Origin: Candidatus Latescibacterota bacterium | GTDB lineage: Bacteria; Latescibacterota; UBA2968; UBA8231 | Reading direction: 5' to 3' | DNA: 64,000 nucleotides | Assembly: GCA_965242865.1 (NCBI GenBank) | Contig: CBDETK010000013.1 | Location: 1,120,001 to 1,184,000, forward strand | In this document: positions 26,516-35,293 of the stretch, piece by piece | Layout of the letters: every line of letters begins with the position of its first letter | Numbering within the stretch: the stretch's first letter is position 1 | The notes under the pieces: generated by a model | What the model was told of the DNA's origin: nothing | Database searches by the model: none | What the model saw: the letters and a program-made list of their open reading frames with translations, nothing else | Position numbers and translations under genes: made by a program

Positions 26516-27705
26516 GGCTCCAACCCGAATAGCTTCAATTGTTTAATGCCGAGTTGGGTCGCTTGGGGATCCGGCCTCAGCTGGTCCATGCGGAGTAGCT
26601 CGCCAGCGGTATATAGGTGTTCGCGCAACGCCGATTGCCCCGCTTCGTCCAAGAGGCCAATTTTTGTATCGCCATCCTCGGAGACGACGGCTTGTATGGC
26701 ACTGTCGGGTAGTCCTGCATCATCGAGCAGATCCGGGCTGTGGCTGGTAATGAGCACTTGTCGGTGCTCGCTCGCGTCGCGCAGACTATCTGTCAAAACG
26801 CCGGCCGCGGCTGGATGCAGGGCGACTTCGGGTTCCTCAATGGCCACCAGCCCTGCGGGGGCTTGGAACAAGGCCACGAGTACGCCGAGAGCACGCAGGG
26901 TGCCGTCTGACATATTGGTCGCGAGGAAGCGCCAAGGATGCGGAGCACCCCGGACAGCCTGCTTAAATTCGAGCATTGTGCGCGGGCCAACGGCCTTGGA
27001 GTCCACCGCGTGGACGCCCGGCACGACCGTTGCGAGGTACTCCTCCACGCGGCGCTTCACCGTGGGGGCGCGGTCCTTGAGTGTGGCGAGAACGCTGGCC
27101 ATGTTCGAGCCATCGCGGTTGAGTAGTTCGCCCGGATCGGGCGGCTGCGGCTCGCGGATGCGTTCGGGATTCAGATTGTAGAACCCCATCGAAATGAGGG
27201 CGTCGTACAAGGGGCGAAACGCCTCCGTGCCAGAAACGTTGACTAGAAAGAGGCGGTCCTTGGGAATGGCGGGGACGGGTTGAATACTGACGCGCTCAAG
27301 TGCGCCGTCTTTTATTCGGTAGTAGGCTTTGCCCTCCCCATCCGTCCCCGGGTAAATGGCGCATTCCTCTTTGGCAACCAGATAAGCCCCTCGTTTCGCA
27401 CCAATTCTGAAGGCGTAGTGGCCAAATCGGCCTTTAGACAACTGGAACTCAATGCGAATGGCAAAATGCGTGGGATGCCCGCTCGACCGCCGGCGCACCT
27501 CGCCAATACCGCCGCGGTCGCGAAGGGCGTGGTCCAGCGAATGGCGGAGCGCGTCGGCGATGAAGCAGAGCGCATCCACGAAATTGCTCTTGCCGCTGCC
27601 GTTGGGGCCGACGAGGATCGCCAGCGGACCGAGGCTCACATCGCACGCGCCAATGCTTTTGTAATTGCGGATAACTACGCGGGTTATTAGACGGGCATCT
27701 GACAT
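26512..27705 (-). CDS. ABC-type AAA ATPase (AAA_21-like)
   Basis: NYKSI, GPNGSGKS, MSDGTLR, IEEPE..LHP, ITSHSP. Confidence 0.9.
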   Translation of the reverse strand: MSDARLITRVVIRNYKSIGACDVSLGPLAILVGPNGSGKSNFVDALCFIADALRHSLDHALRDRGGIGEVRRRSSGHPTHFAIRIEFQLSKGRFGHYAFRIGAKRGAYLVAKEECAIYPGTDGEGKAYYRIKDGALERVSIQPVPAIPKDRLFLVNVSGTEAFRPLYDALISMGFYNLNPERIREPQPPDPGELLNRDGSNMASVLATLKDRAPTVKRRVEEYLATVVPGVHAVDSKAVGPRTMLEFKQAVRGAPHPWRFLATNMSDGTLRALGVLVALFQAPAGLVAIEEPEVALHPAAAGVLTDSLRDASEHRQVLITSHSPDLLDDAGLPDSAIQAVVSEDGDTKIGLLDEAGQSALREHLYTAGELLRMDQLRPDPQATQLGIKQLKLFGLEP

Positions 27706-27908
27706 GGCTGGCAATGGATCGGATCCGTCAAGCTGCACTCAATGAGAATCGCTGGATACAGGACAGCTTTCTCCTTTAGGGACACAAGATAGCCTTGCCC
27801 TAGGAAATCCGCTAATCCGGCTATGTTAAGGTTGCGGCTTAGACGTTACCGTTGTAAAGATAAAGGCGTCTCTAGAGGTCCAATCACCCCGCCACAAAGG
27901 AGCTTCAG

Positions 27909-29132
27909 ATGAAAATCGCCCACATCGAGCAAATCCCCATCGCCATGCCCCTAGCCCAGCGCTATGACAACCACGCCGGTCGCATGCGCATGTACGACAT
28001 GGACCAACACCTAGTGGTTAAAGTTCATGGCGACAACGGGTTAGTCGGCTACGGTGACTACGAGGACAATCCCAATCCCATCCCCCAAGCCGCGATTGAC
28101 GCGCTCATCGGCACCAGCCCTTTCGACTATTTGCTCAACAATTTCCACCTCGCCTTGGGCATGGCGCTCTACGACCTGATGGGCAAGTACTTGGGCGTAC
28201 CCGCGTACAAGCTAATGGGGCAAAAAGTGCGCGACGCCGTCCCCTGCGCCGCTTGGACCCGCCCCTGTCCCCCCGACGTCTTTGCCGGCGAAATCCAGCG
28301 CGCGGTCGCGGAGGGCTACCGCGTCTTCAAAATGCACTCGGACGCCCGCTACGACGTCATCGAGCAAACCCGAGCGGCGGAAAAAGTGGCGCCGCCCGGC
28401 TTCAAATTGCACTGGGATCTCAACCACAACCGCACGCTGGGCACGGTCCTGCCCATCGTCGCCGAGTTGGAAAAATCCCCGATCGTCGGATTTATCGAAG
28501 ACCCGCTGGTGTGGAGTGATATCGATGGCTGGCGCACCCTGCGCGAGAAGACCAAAATCCCCCTCGTCATGCACGTCCCCCAACTGGGCGGCATCCAAGA
28601 AGTAATCCGCGGCGTCGCCGATATTTACATGATTGGCGGGCGCATTGGCGACACCCTGACCTCGGGTTTTGCCTACGGCAAGGCCAATGTCCAGTGCCTA
28701 ATCCAGCAATGCGGCAATACCCTGATGAAGGCCCTCACCCTGCACCAAGCGGCCGTCCTGCCCACGGCTTCGGCCCATACCATCACCCTAGACGACCAGT
28801 TCGAGTCCGATATTGCCGAAAAAATTCCGGTCGTTGAGGGCTTTTCGCCCGTCCCCGAAGGCCCGGGGCTGGGCGTGGAAGTACGAGAAGAAGCCCTGGC
28901 CCAAGCCGCGGCCCGCGCCCACCTGCCCAGCTACGCTTACATCGGCGTGCTGCACTTTGCCGGCGGCCATAAAGCCTACAGCTTGGGCCGCCCCAACATC
29001 CACCGCTTGACCGGCACCGAAGAGGGCCGCCTCGAGGGCCTCAACTTTGAGTACTGGACCGACGACGGCTCAGCCGAATACGCCCGCGTTCTCAAGCGCT
29101 TGCAGGAGGAAGGGCCGTTTATCGAGGGCTAG
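27909..29132 (+). CDS. Mandelate racemase/muconate lactonising enzyme family protein
   Basis: MALYDLMGK.LGVP.Y.L.G, FKMH, WDLN, IEDP, VPEGPGLGVE. Confidence 0.88.
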   Translation: MKIAHIEQIPIAMPLAQRYDNHAGRMRMYDMDQHLVVKVHGDNGLVGYGDYEDNPNPIPQAAIDALIGTSPFDYLLNNFHLALGMALYDLMGKYLGVPAYKLMGQKVRDAVPCAAWTRPCPPDVFAGEIQRAVAEGYRVFKMHSDARYDVIEQTRAAEKVAPPGFKLHWDLNHNRTLGTVLPIVAELEKSPIVGFIEDPLVWSDIDGWRTLREKTKIPLVMHVPQLGGIQEVIRGVADIYMIGGRIGDTLTSGFAYGKANVQCLIQQCGNTLMKALTLHQAAVLPTASAHTITLDDQFESDIAEKIPVVEGFSPVPEGPGLGVEVREEALAQAAARAHLPSYAYIGVLHFAGGHKAYSLGRPNIHRLTGTEEGRLEGLNFEYWTDDGSAEYARVLKRLQEEGPFIEG

Positions 29133-29239
29133 GAATGCACACATCGCAATGAAGCGGAACAGGCGGCGATTTTCGCCAGTTGCTGGTGGGATTTGCGTTG
29201 CTTGGCCGAATGTTGCGTTAGGAAGCAAAATTCCGTCGT

Positions 29240-29893
29240 TCAATACCCAGATACGCCGGTTTTTTCTCCGATCCAATCGATCATGTCACAGAACGTCGGG
29301 CACTGTTGCGCCACCTGTTGCAAGTCTGCATCTCTGAGAATGGCAGCACTATCTATAATTTCGCGATAGGGCCGATTGAGATGCCTCCGAAAGAGCTCTT
29401 CGACAACTTTCTTCGGCGGTCTGTCTTGATTCTGCTTTTCTGGAGGCTGCCGCCAGCCGCTGGGCCTGATCTTGAGGCGGGACTGAAGTTGACTCGTCGC
29501 GGCAAGGAGCAGCACTTCCAAGTCGTGCTTCAACGCGCTGGCATAAAAACGCGCCATGTACCTGTCCGTTTGCCGGCCCTTTTTCCGCAAGTTCTGCTTC
29601 ACCAAGCGCGTTTGTACGGCTTGTAGTCCTGCTAAATTGTCGTGCCTGTACTCGGTATTCGCATAATCTCGGTTTGGATAGAGATCGGGTAAGCCAACGA
29701 CGAGGTCGTGCGGATCGTTTGCCAACTTTTCGACTGCTCGGGGTCCAATGTTTCTGAAGTATTTGGACTTGTTTTCAAGAGGTATTAGCTGAATGCCCCA
29801 GCCTTCCTTTGAAAGCCGCTGCTTCCAACCATTCCACAAGGCCGACAGGGCCTGAACGTCCGAGCGTCCTTCCACAAAAATCCACACCTTCAT
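29240..29893 (-). CDS. DUF4276-like protein
   Basis: IFVEG.SD, LPDLY, HDLEVLLLA, PE..N...PP, CPTF; coupled to the ATPase. Confidence 0.75.
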   Translation of the reverse strand: MKVWIFVEGRSDVQALSALWNGWKQRLSKEGWGIQLIPLENKSKYFRNIGPRAVEKLANDPHDLVVGLPDLYPNRDYANTEYRHDNLAGLQAVQTRLVKQNLRKKGRQTDRYMARFYASALKHDLEVLLLAATSQLQSRLKIRPSGWRQPPEKQNQDRPPKKVVEELFRRHLNRPYREIIDSAAILRDADLQQVAQQCPTFCDMIDWIGEKTGVSGY

Positions 29894-31245
29894 GCGCCGG
29901 CCTCCAACTCGCCAGAGCGGTGCAGGTCGCCCAAGGTGCCGGTTGCAACTTCCCCGAGCATTTGCACGAGCGTCCGGCGGTTCGCGGGACGATGCCACGC
30001 AACTTTCGCGTCATCTGCACTACGCGCCATCACGGCCACATCGGCTATGTCGAAGCAGTTGAGCAGGTCTGGGCTGTGCGTCGTCACCAGCACTTGGGTG
30101 CGCTCGGCCGCGGCCTTGATCATCTCGGCGACAATCGGCAACAGCCCGGGATGCAGGCCCAGTTCGGGTTCGTCAATGGCGATCAGCGGTGGTGGAAGCG
30201 GGTTTAACAGCGCCGTCGCCAAGCACAAGAAGCGCAACATGCCGTCCGACAGCTCCCACATCTCCATAGAGCGAGACATGCCTTGCTCGCGCACCCGGAC
30301 GAGCACTTGCGGCGGCGTTCCGTACGTGGTATCGCAGTGAATTTCCTCGAAGGTGGGATACGCCACGCGCAAAAAGTCGCGCAATTCCTCTGCTGCGGGC
30401 CGGAAATCGTAGCGGGTCAGGATTTCGTGCAGCACGGTCCCCAAATCGTCGCCATTGGACGATAAGGTCGTATCCGGCCTGATCTCAGCGGCTTTGGTGC
30501 GGAGCGCAGAAGACCGCGTCACATCGAACCCCGGATAGCACATTATGTTCGCGAATAAAACGCGTACCCAAGAAGGAACGGGAAACTCGTTGAAGAAGCG
30601 GATTTGCGAAAGCAGTAGCGCGGCCTCTTGTTGTGCGCCCGCCCGCCCGCTTCCCGAGGGGACAGCTTCGCGGACGACAGCGGCAGATTGCGCTTCATCA
30701 AACGGTATTAAGCGAAGCTGTTGGGTGTCAAAGATGCGTCGCTGATACGGGGTTGCCTCTAGATACTTGAGCGGTTCTTCAGGCACTAAATTTTCATATT
30801 CGACAGCACCTATAATTACGTCTTCTGGGATTGCCTCCAGAAACTTGAGCGATCCTTCAGATACTTCAGATACTGGCTTTTGCGTTCTCAGAACCTCGTA
30901 TTGCGAGTGCATCTGGCCCTGTGCATCGGCTTGCAGCACGACCTCGTACACAAGGGCCTCTCCCGCCGTTAGTGGAAAACCATCCCATGCAGGGGGCTTG
31001 CGAAAGGTGACGCTCCAAGCCAATTGCCCATTCCCGTTCCCGGCCGTCAGCAAAGACGCCGCCCCATGATGCCACCCCAGCGCGGTATTGAGCGGAAACT
31101 CGCAACACTCGCCAATCAGTTGCAGGCCATCGATCAGCGTACTCTTGCCAACCGCATTGGCGCCGATCACCACGGTCAGCGGCTTAAAGTCGGCCTTAAA
31201 CCCATCGAGAAGCCGGTAGCCCCCGATCTCAATGTGCGTAATCAT
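29890..31245 (-). CDS. ABC-type AAA ATPase (AAA_21-like)
   Basis: GANAVGKS, LSDGMLR, IDEPELGLHP, TTHSP. Confidence 0.9.
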   Translation of the reverse strand: MITHIEIGGYRLLDGFKADFKPLTVVIGANAVGKSTLIDGLQLIGECCEFPLNTALGWHHGAASLLTAGNGNGQLAWSVTFRKPPAWDGFPLTAGEALVYEVVLQADAQGQMHSQYEVLRTQKPVSEVSEGSLKFLEAIPEDVIIGAVEYENLVPEEPLKYLEATPYQRRIFDTQQLRLIPFDEAQSAAVVREAVPSGSGRAGAQQEAALLLSQIRFFNEFPVPSWVRVLFANIMCYPGFDVTRSSALRTKAAEIRPDTTLSSNGDDLGTVLHEILTRYDFRPAAEELRDFLRVAYPTFEEIHCDTTYGTPPQVLVRVREQGMSRSMEMWELSDGMLRFLCLATALLNPLPPPLIAIDEPELGLHPGLLPIVAEMIKAAAERTQVLVTTHSPDLLNCFDIADVAVMARSADDAKVAWHRPANRRTLVQMLGEVATGTLGDLHRSGELEAGA

Positions 31246-31265
31246 CTTTCGCTCCAATCGCCGAC

Positions 31266-32738
31266 CTAGGCCGGCCCCCGATACCAGTCCCGCAACGCCG
31301 GATACAGCACCCGATAACGCTCAAAAGCCCGCTGGTACTCTGCGGCCCGCGCCCGGTCGCAGCGCACCGTCTCGGCCAACTTGACCGTGCGCTGGCAGGC
31401 GGTGGCAAAATCCGCGTAGAGGCCGCTGCCGACGCCCGCCAACATGGCCGCTCCTACCGCCGACAGATCGTCGGTCGCGATTCGCACCACGTCGCGCCCC
31501 AAAATATCGGCCTGAATCTGCCGCCACACCTCCGAGTGCGAGCCTCCCTCGCCGATGCGCAGCTCGTCGATGGGCAAGCCGATTTCGGCAAAGCAGTCGA
31601 GCGAGTGCCGCAAGTCAAAGACGACCCCCTCCAGCACGGCCCGCACCAAATGCCCCTTTGTGTGCCCCAGCGACAGCCCGACAAAACCGCCGCGAGCGCG
31701 GGCGTCGGGCCGCGGCGTGGCCCTTCCTTCGAGCCACGGCATAAAAAACACGCCCTCGGCCCCGGCCGGCACGGCAGCCGCGGCTGCCGTCAACTCGTCG
31801 TACCGGCCTCCGAACTCCTCCTTGAACCACTTGAGCGAGGCCCCTCCAGTAAACGAGCATCCCAGCCAAGCGTACTTGCCCGGGATGGGATGGCACATCG
31901 GCCAGAGCTGGTCAAAGGCCCGCGGATCCAGCGTCTCGGCAAAAGCCGTGGCGTGTGCGGCCGTGCCAATGCCCAAGCCGATAACGCCCGGCTCAATGAC
32001 CCCGGCCCCGAGGATCATGCACGGCATGTCCCCGCCGCCGGCGACGACGGGCGTGCCCTCGGCCAGCCCGGTCTGCTCGGCCGCCGCTCGGGTTACGGCC
32101 CCGACTACGGCCGGCGAATCGACCAAGCGCGGGAACAGCCCCTCATCGACTTCCAAGGCCGCCAGAATTTCCCCGCACCACTGGCGCTCGTGTAGATCAA
32201 ACGCGGCCGTGGTCGAGGCATCCGACACCTCGGCCGCTATCTGTCCGGTGAGCCGGTAGCGCAGCCAATCCTTGGGAAGCAGCATCCAGCGGCTCTGCTG
32301 GTAAACGTCGGCTGCATGGGCTTTTACCCACAGCACCTTCGCCAGGGTATTGACCGGCCCCAATCGCATCAGCGTCCGCTCCCGCAGCAAGTCTCCGGCC
32401 CGCTGCTCGGCCCAATCGCACTCGGCTTGCGAGCGGTGATCGAGCCAGATCGGCACCCGCTGCAAGGGCTGCCCCGCGCCATCGACAAACACCGCGCCGT
32501 TGATCTGCCCGGACAGGCCGACGCAAGCGACCTGCGCTGGAGCTACATCGGCGAGGGCCTGACGCGCTGCCGCGCCCAGCCCGCGCCACCAGTCCTCCGG
32601 GTCTTGCTCCACCCACCGAGGATGCGGCTTGTAGAGCGGATACTCGGCCTGCCCCCTACCGATGAGATCGCCAGCCTCGTCGAGGAGGACGGCCTTGGTG
32701 CTCCCCGTGCCCAAATCAATGCCCAGTACACAGCGCAT
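31266..32738 (-). CDS. xylB: FGGY sugar kinase (xylulokinase-like)
   Basis: LGIDLGTGS.K, EQDPEDWW, GLSGQ, LPKDWLRY.LTG, AGGGD, RAVLEGV. Confidence 0.85.
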   Translation of the reverse strand: MRCVLGIDLGTGSTKAVLLDEAGDLIGRGQAEYPLYKPHPRWVEQDPEDWWRGLGAAARQALADVAPAQVACVGLSGQINGAVFVDGAGQPLQRVPIWLDHRSQAECDWAEQRAGDLLRERTLMRLGPVNTLAKVLWVKAHAADVYQQSRWMLLPKDWLRYRLTGQIAAEVSDASTTAAFDLHERQWCGEILAALEVDEGLFPRLVDSPAVVGAVTRAAAEQTGLAEGTPVVAGGGDMPCMILGAGVIEPGVIGLGIGTAAHATAFAETLDPRAFDQLWPMCHPIPGKYAWLGCSFTGGASLKWFKEEFGGRYDELTAAAAAVPAGAEGVFFMPWLEGRATPRPDARARGGFVGLSLGHTKGHLVRAVLEGVVFDLRHSLDCFAEIGLPIDELRIGEGGSHSEVWRQIQADILGRDVVRIATDDLSAVGAAMLAGVGSGLYADFATACQRTVKLAETVRCDRARAAEYQRAFERYRVLYPALRDWYRGPA

Positions 32739-32747
32739 CTATCCCTC

Positions 32748-33995
32748 CTATCCAAATCGATCTACGTTGCACAAACTCAGATTAAACCCCGGCTCCTCGC
32801 CCTGCACCACGCGCGCGGTCACCGCCCCAGTAACCGCCCCCAGCGACACCCCGATCATGGCGTGCCCGGCCGCCACCGTGAGATTGTCGTACGCGCCCGC
32901 CCGCCCCAAAAAAGGCAAGCCATCCGGCGTACAGGGCCGCAGGCCCCGCCACACTTCGATTAGGTCCAGCGCATCCGGCGTCCACGCCGGTACGTAGCGC
33001 GGCACCGCATGAACAATCGCGGCCACCCGCCGGCGGTTGATCGACGTATCCATGCCGGCCAATTCGAGCGTGCCGGCAAAGCGCAGCTTGTCCCCTATGG
33101 GGGTCGCGCCAACGCGGGCCTCCACCAACATCAGCGGGACCGCCGGGCACGGGTCTGGCTTGTGAAAGGTGACGCTGTAGCCCTTGGCCGGCTGCACCGG
33201 CAGGGACAAGCCCAGCGCGCGGGCCACGCCCGGCGACCACGCCCCACTGCATAGCACGACTTCGGCCGCGGCAAAATCCCCGCGCGTCGTCTCGACCGCT
33301 TGGATGCGACGCCCTTTTTTGCCAAACCCCAACACCTCGGTTTTCTCGTGGACCTGCACCCCGCGCTCAACGCAACGCGCGGCTAACGCTCGCACGAGAC
33401 GCGCTGGGTCCAAGTGGGCGTCTTGCGCGTAAAACGCCCCGCCCACGCAGTCCAATTCCACGCCCGCCCGCTGCCGCGCCTGTTGGGCGTCAACCCTTTC
33501 CACCGCCAGCCCTATCGCCTGCATCTGCTCGGCCTCTTCGCGGACGTGCTGCAAGCCTTGTTCGGTCTTGCACAACAAAAGCCGGCCCTCGTGCCCAAAG
33601 GCAAACCCCAATTCTGCGGCCCAGCCCTGATACAGCCGCAAGCTCTCCAAGTGCATATCGCGCAACAGCGGCATGGCCTGATGCACCCGCCGCACGGTGC
33701 TGGCCTTGCGGAACTGCCACAGCCAAGCCACCAGTTCGCGATCCCAGCGCCATTTGATGTAAAAGGGGCTATCCGGGTTGAACATCCACCGCAGGCCCTG
33801 GGCGATAACCCCGGGCTCGGCCAGCGGCACGCTGTGGCTGGGCACAATCAGCCCGGCATTGCCGTAGGAGCTCCCCGCGCAGACCTCGTCCTTTTCGACC
33901 ACAGTGACCGCACGGCCCTGCTCCTGCAGAAAGTGCGCCGCGCAAATCCCGACGACTCCGCCGCCGATGACCAGCACATCTACTTGTTGCGTCAT
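32748..33995 (-). CDS. FAD-dependent oxidoreductase, D-amino acid dehydrogenase-like
   Basis: VIGGGVVG, SSYGNAG, QPAKGYS, WRGLRPCTPDGLP, AGH. Confidence 0.88.
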   Translation of the reverse strand: MTQQVDVLVIGGGVVGICAAHFLQEQGRAVTVVEKDEVCAGSSYGNAGLIVPSHSVPLAEPGVIAQGLRWMFNPDSPFYIKWRWDRELVAWLWQFRKASTVRRVHQAMPLLRDMHLESLRLYQGWAAELGFAFGHEGRLLLCKTEQGLQHVREEAEQMQAIGLAVERVDAQQARQRAGVELDCVGGAFYAQDAHLDPARLVRALAARCVERGVQVHEKTEVLGFGKKGRRIQAVETTRGDFAAAEVVLCSGAWSPGVARALGLSLPVQPAKGYSVTFHKPDPCPAVPLMLVEARVGATPIGDKLRFAGTLELAGMDTSINRRRVAAIVHAVPRYVPAWTPDALDLIEVWRGLRPCTPDGLPFLGRAGAYDNLTVAAGHAMIGVSLGAVTGAVTARVVQGEEPGFNLSLCNVDRFG

Positions 33996-34019
33996 AGCCA
34001 AGCCTCGCGTTAGTCCGGC

Positions 34020-34110
34020 ATTTACTACGCGACACCAGCCCTCCGCCTTCCAAAGGATCGAGGGCGGGACGCCCTCGATCCCGGACGCAAAGCAAGAGTC
34101 GCGTACTTAG
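34020..34110. mobile_element. MITE-like palindromic element, copy 2 (inverted relative to copy 1)
   Basis: Same TACGCGAC ends and GGATCGAGGGCGGGACGCCCTCGATCC core; 9-bp direct repeat GTCCGGCAT at 34013-34021 and 34111-34119. Confidence 0.7.
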
Positions 34111-34208
34111 GTCCGGCATCTTGACGCCGGATGCGTTTCGCGCTACGTATTCGAGGGAGATTATACGCCGAAACCCTAGGTTGAGCCACCAGCAGAAAGG
34201 AACTATCC

Positions 34209-35252
34209 ATGCTAGATCGCGCCGTGCGCGTCGGAATGATCGGCTGCGGCACCCAAGCCAACGTTCACTTTACCGGCATCGAGGCCCTCGGTGCAGACCA
34301 AGCAACGGTTGCCGCGGTCTGCGATCTCGACGGCGACCGCCTCGCCGCGGCCGGCCAGCGCTGGCCCAAAGCCCGGGCGACCCAAGACTATCGGGCCATG
34401 CTCGCCCCGGGCGACCTCGACTTGGTCATCGTCGCCACCATGCCCAACACGCACGCGGCCATGTCGTTGGCCAGCCTCGACGCTGGGGCCTGCGTGTTGT
34501 GCGAAAAGCCCTTTATGATGAATGGAGCGCAGGCCGAAGCCGTTCTCGCCAAGGCCGCGGCGACCGGGCTGCAAATCCAGCTCGGCACCAACATGCGCTA
34601 CATGCCGAGTTCGCGGTATTTGCGCGATCTGGTCCAAGCCGGCACCATCGGCGAGCCGGTGTTCGCCAAGGCCTGGGGCTGCCATCACGACCCGCCCGTT
34701 TGGGGGCCGCACTATCACCGGGCGACCTCTGGCGGCGGCGTCCTCGCTTCGACCTTGGTCCACACGCTCGATTTGGCGATGTGGGTCGGCGGCTCGCCCA
34801 ATCCGCTCACTGTCAGCGCGGCGACCCGCCGCCTCTTTCCCGGCAAGCGCGGCCCCAAGATCGACGCGGCCATCCACGCGCGCTACGACGCCGAAGACCT
34901 CATCAGCGCCTTGGTGCGCTTTGACAACGGTGCCTTTTACTCCTTAGAGGGCAACTGGTGCAGCGAGGGGACCGACTTCCACAGCTTTGAGCTGACCACC
35001 ACCCAAGGCACCATCACCGGCGCACCCTTTGCGGTCAAAGTGGATGTCCAAGGCGAGATCGTCGATCAAACGCCCCCACTCGACAGCGACGACTGGTTCC
35101 AAAGCGTCCACACCCAAGACGCCGCCCTCATCGCCCAACTCCGCGCCGGCGAGCCTTGGACCATGCAGGACGCCCGCCAGCTACTCAACCTGCAAAAGGT
35201 CGTCGATGCCTGCTACGAGTCCGCGCGGACGGGCCGAGAGGTTGTACTATAG
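34209..35252 (+). CDS. Gfo/Idh/MocA oxidoreductase
   Basis: VGMIGCG, VATMPNTH, LCEKP, SGGGVL. Confidence 0.9.
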   Translation: MLDRAVRVGMIGCGTQANVHFTGIEALGADQATVAAVCDLDGDRLAAAGQRWPKARATQDYRAMLAPGDLDLVIVATMPNTHAAMSLASLDAGACVLCEKPFMMNGAQAEAVLAKAAATGLQIQLGTNMRYMPSSRYLRDLVQAGTIGEPVFAKAWGCHHDPPVWGPHYHRATSGGGVLASTLVHTLDLAMWVGGSPNPLTVSAATRRLFPGKRGPKIDAAIHARYDAEDLISALVRFDNGAFYSLEGNWCSEGTDFHSFELTTTQGTITGAPFAVKVDVQGEIVDQTPPLDSDDWFQSVHTQDAALIAQLRAGEPWTMQDARQLLNLQKVVDACYESARTGREVVL

Positions 35253-35293
35253 CCATCCAAGCATGAAAGTCCTGCTTTTTGATGTCGTCGTGT

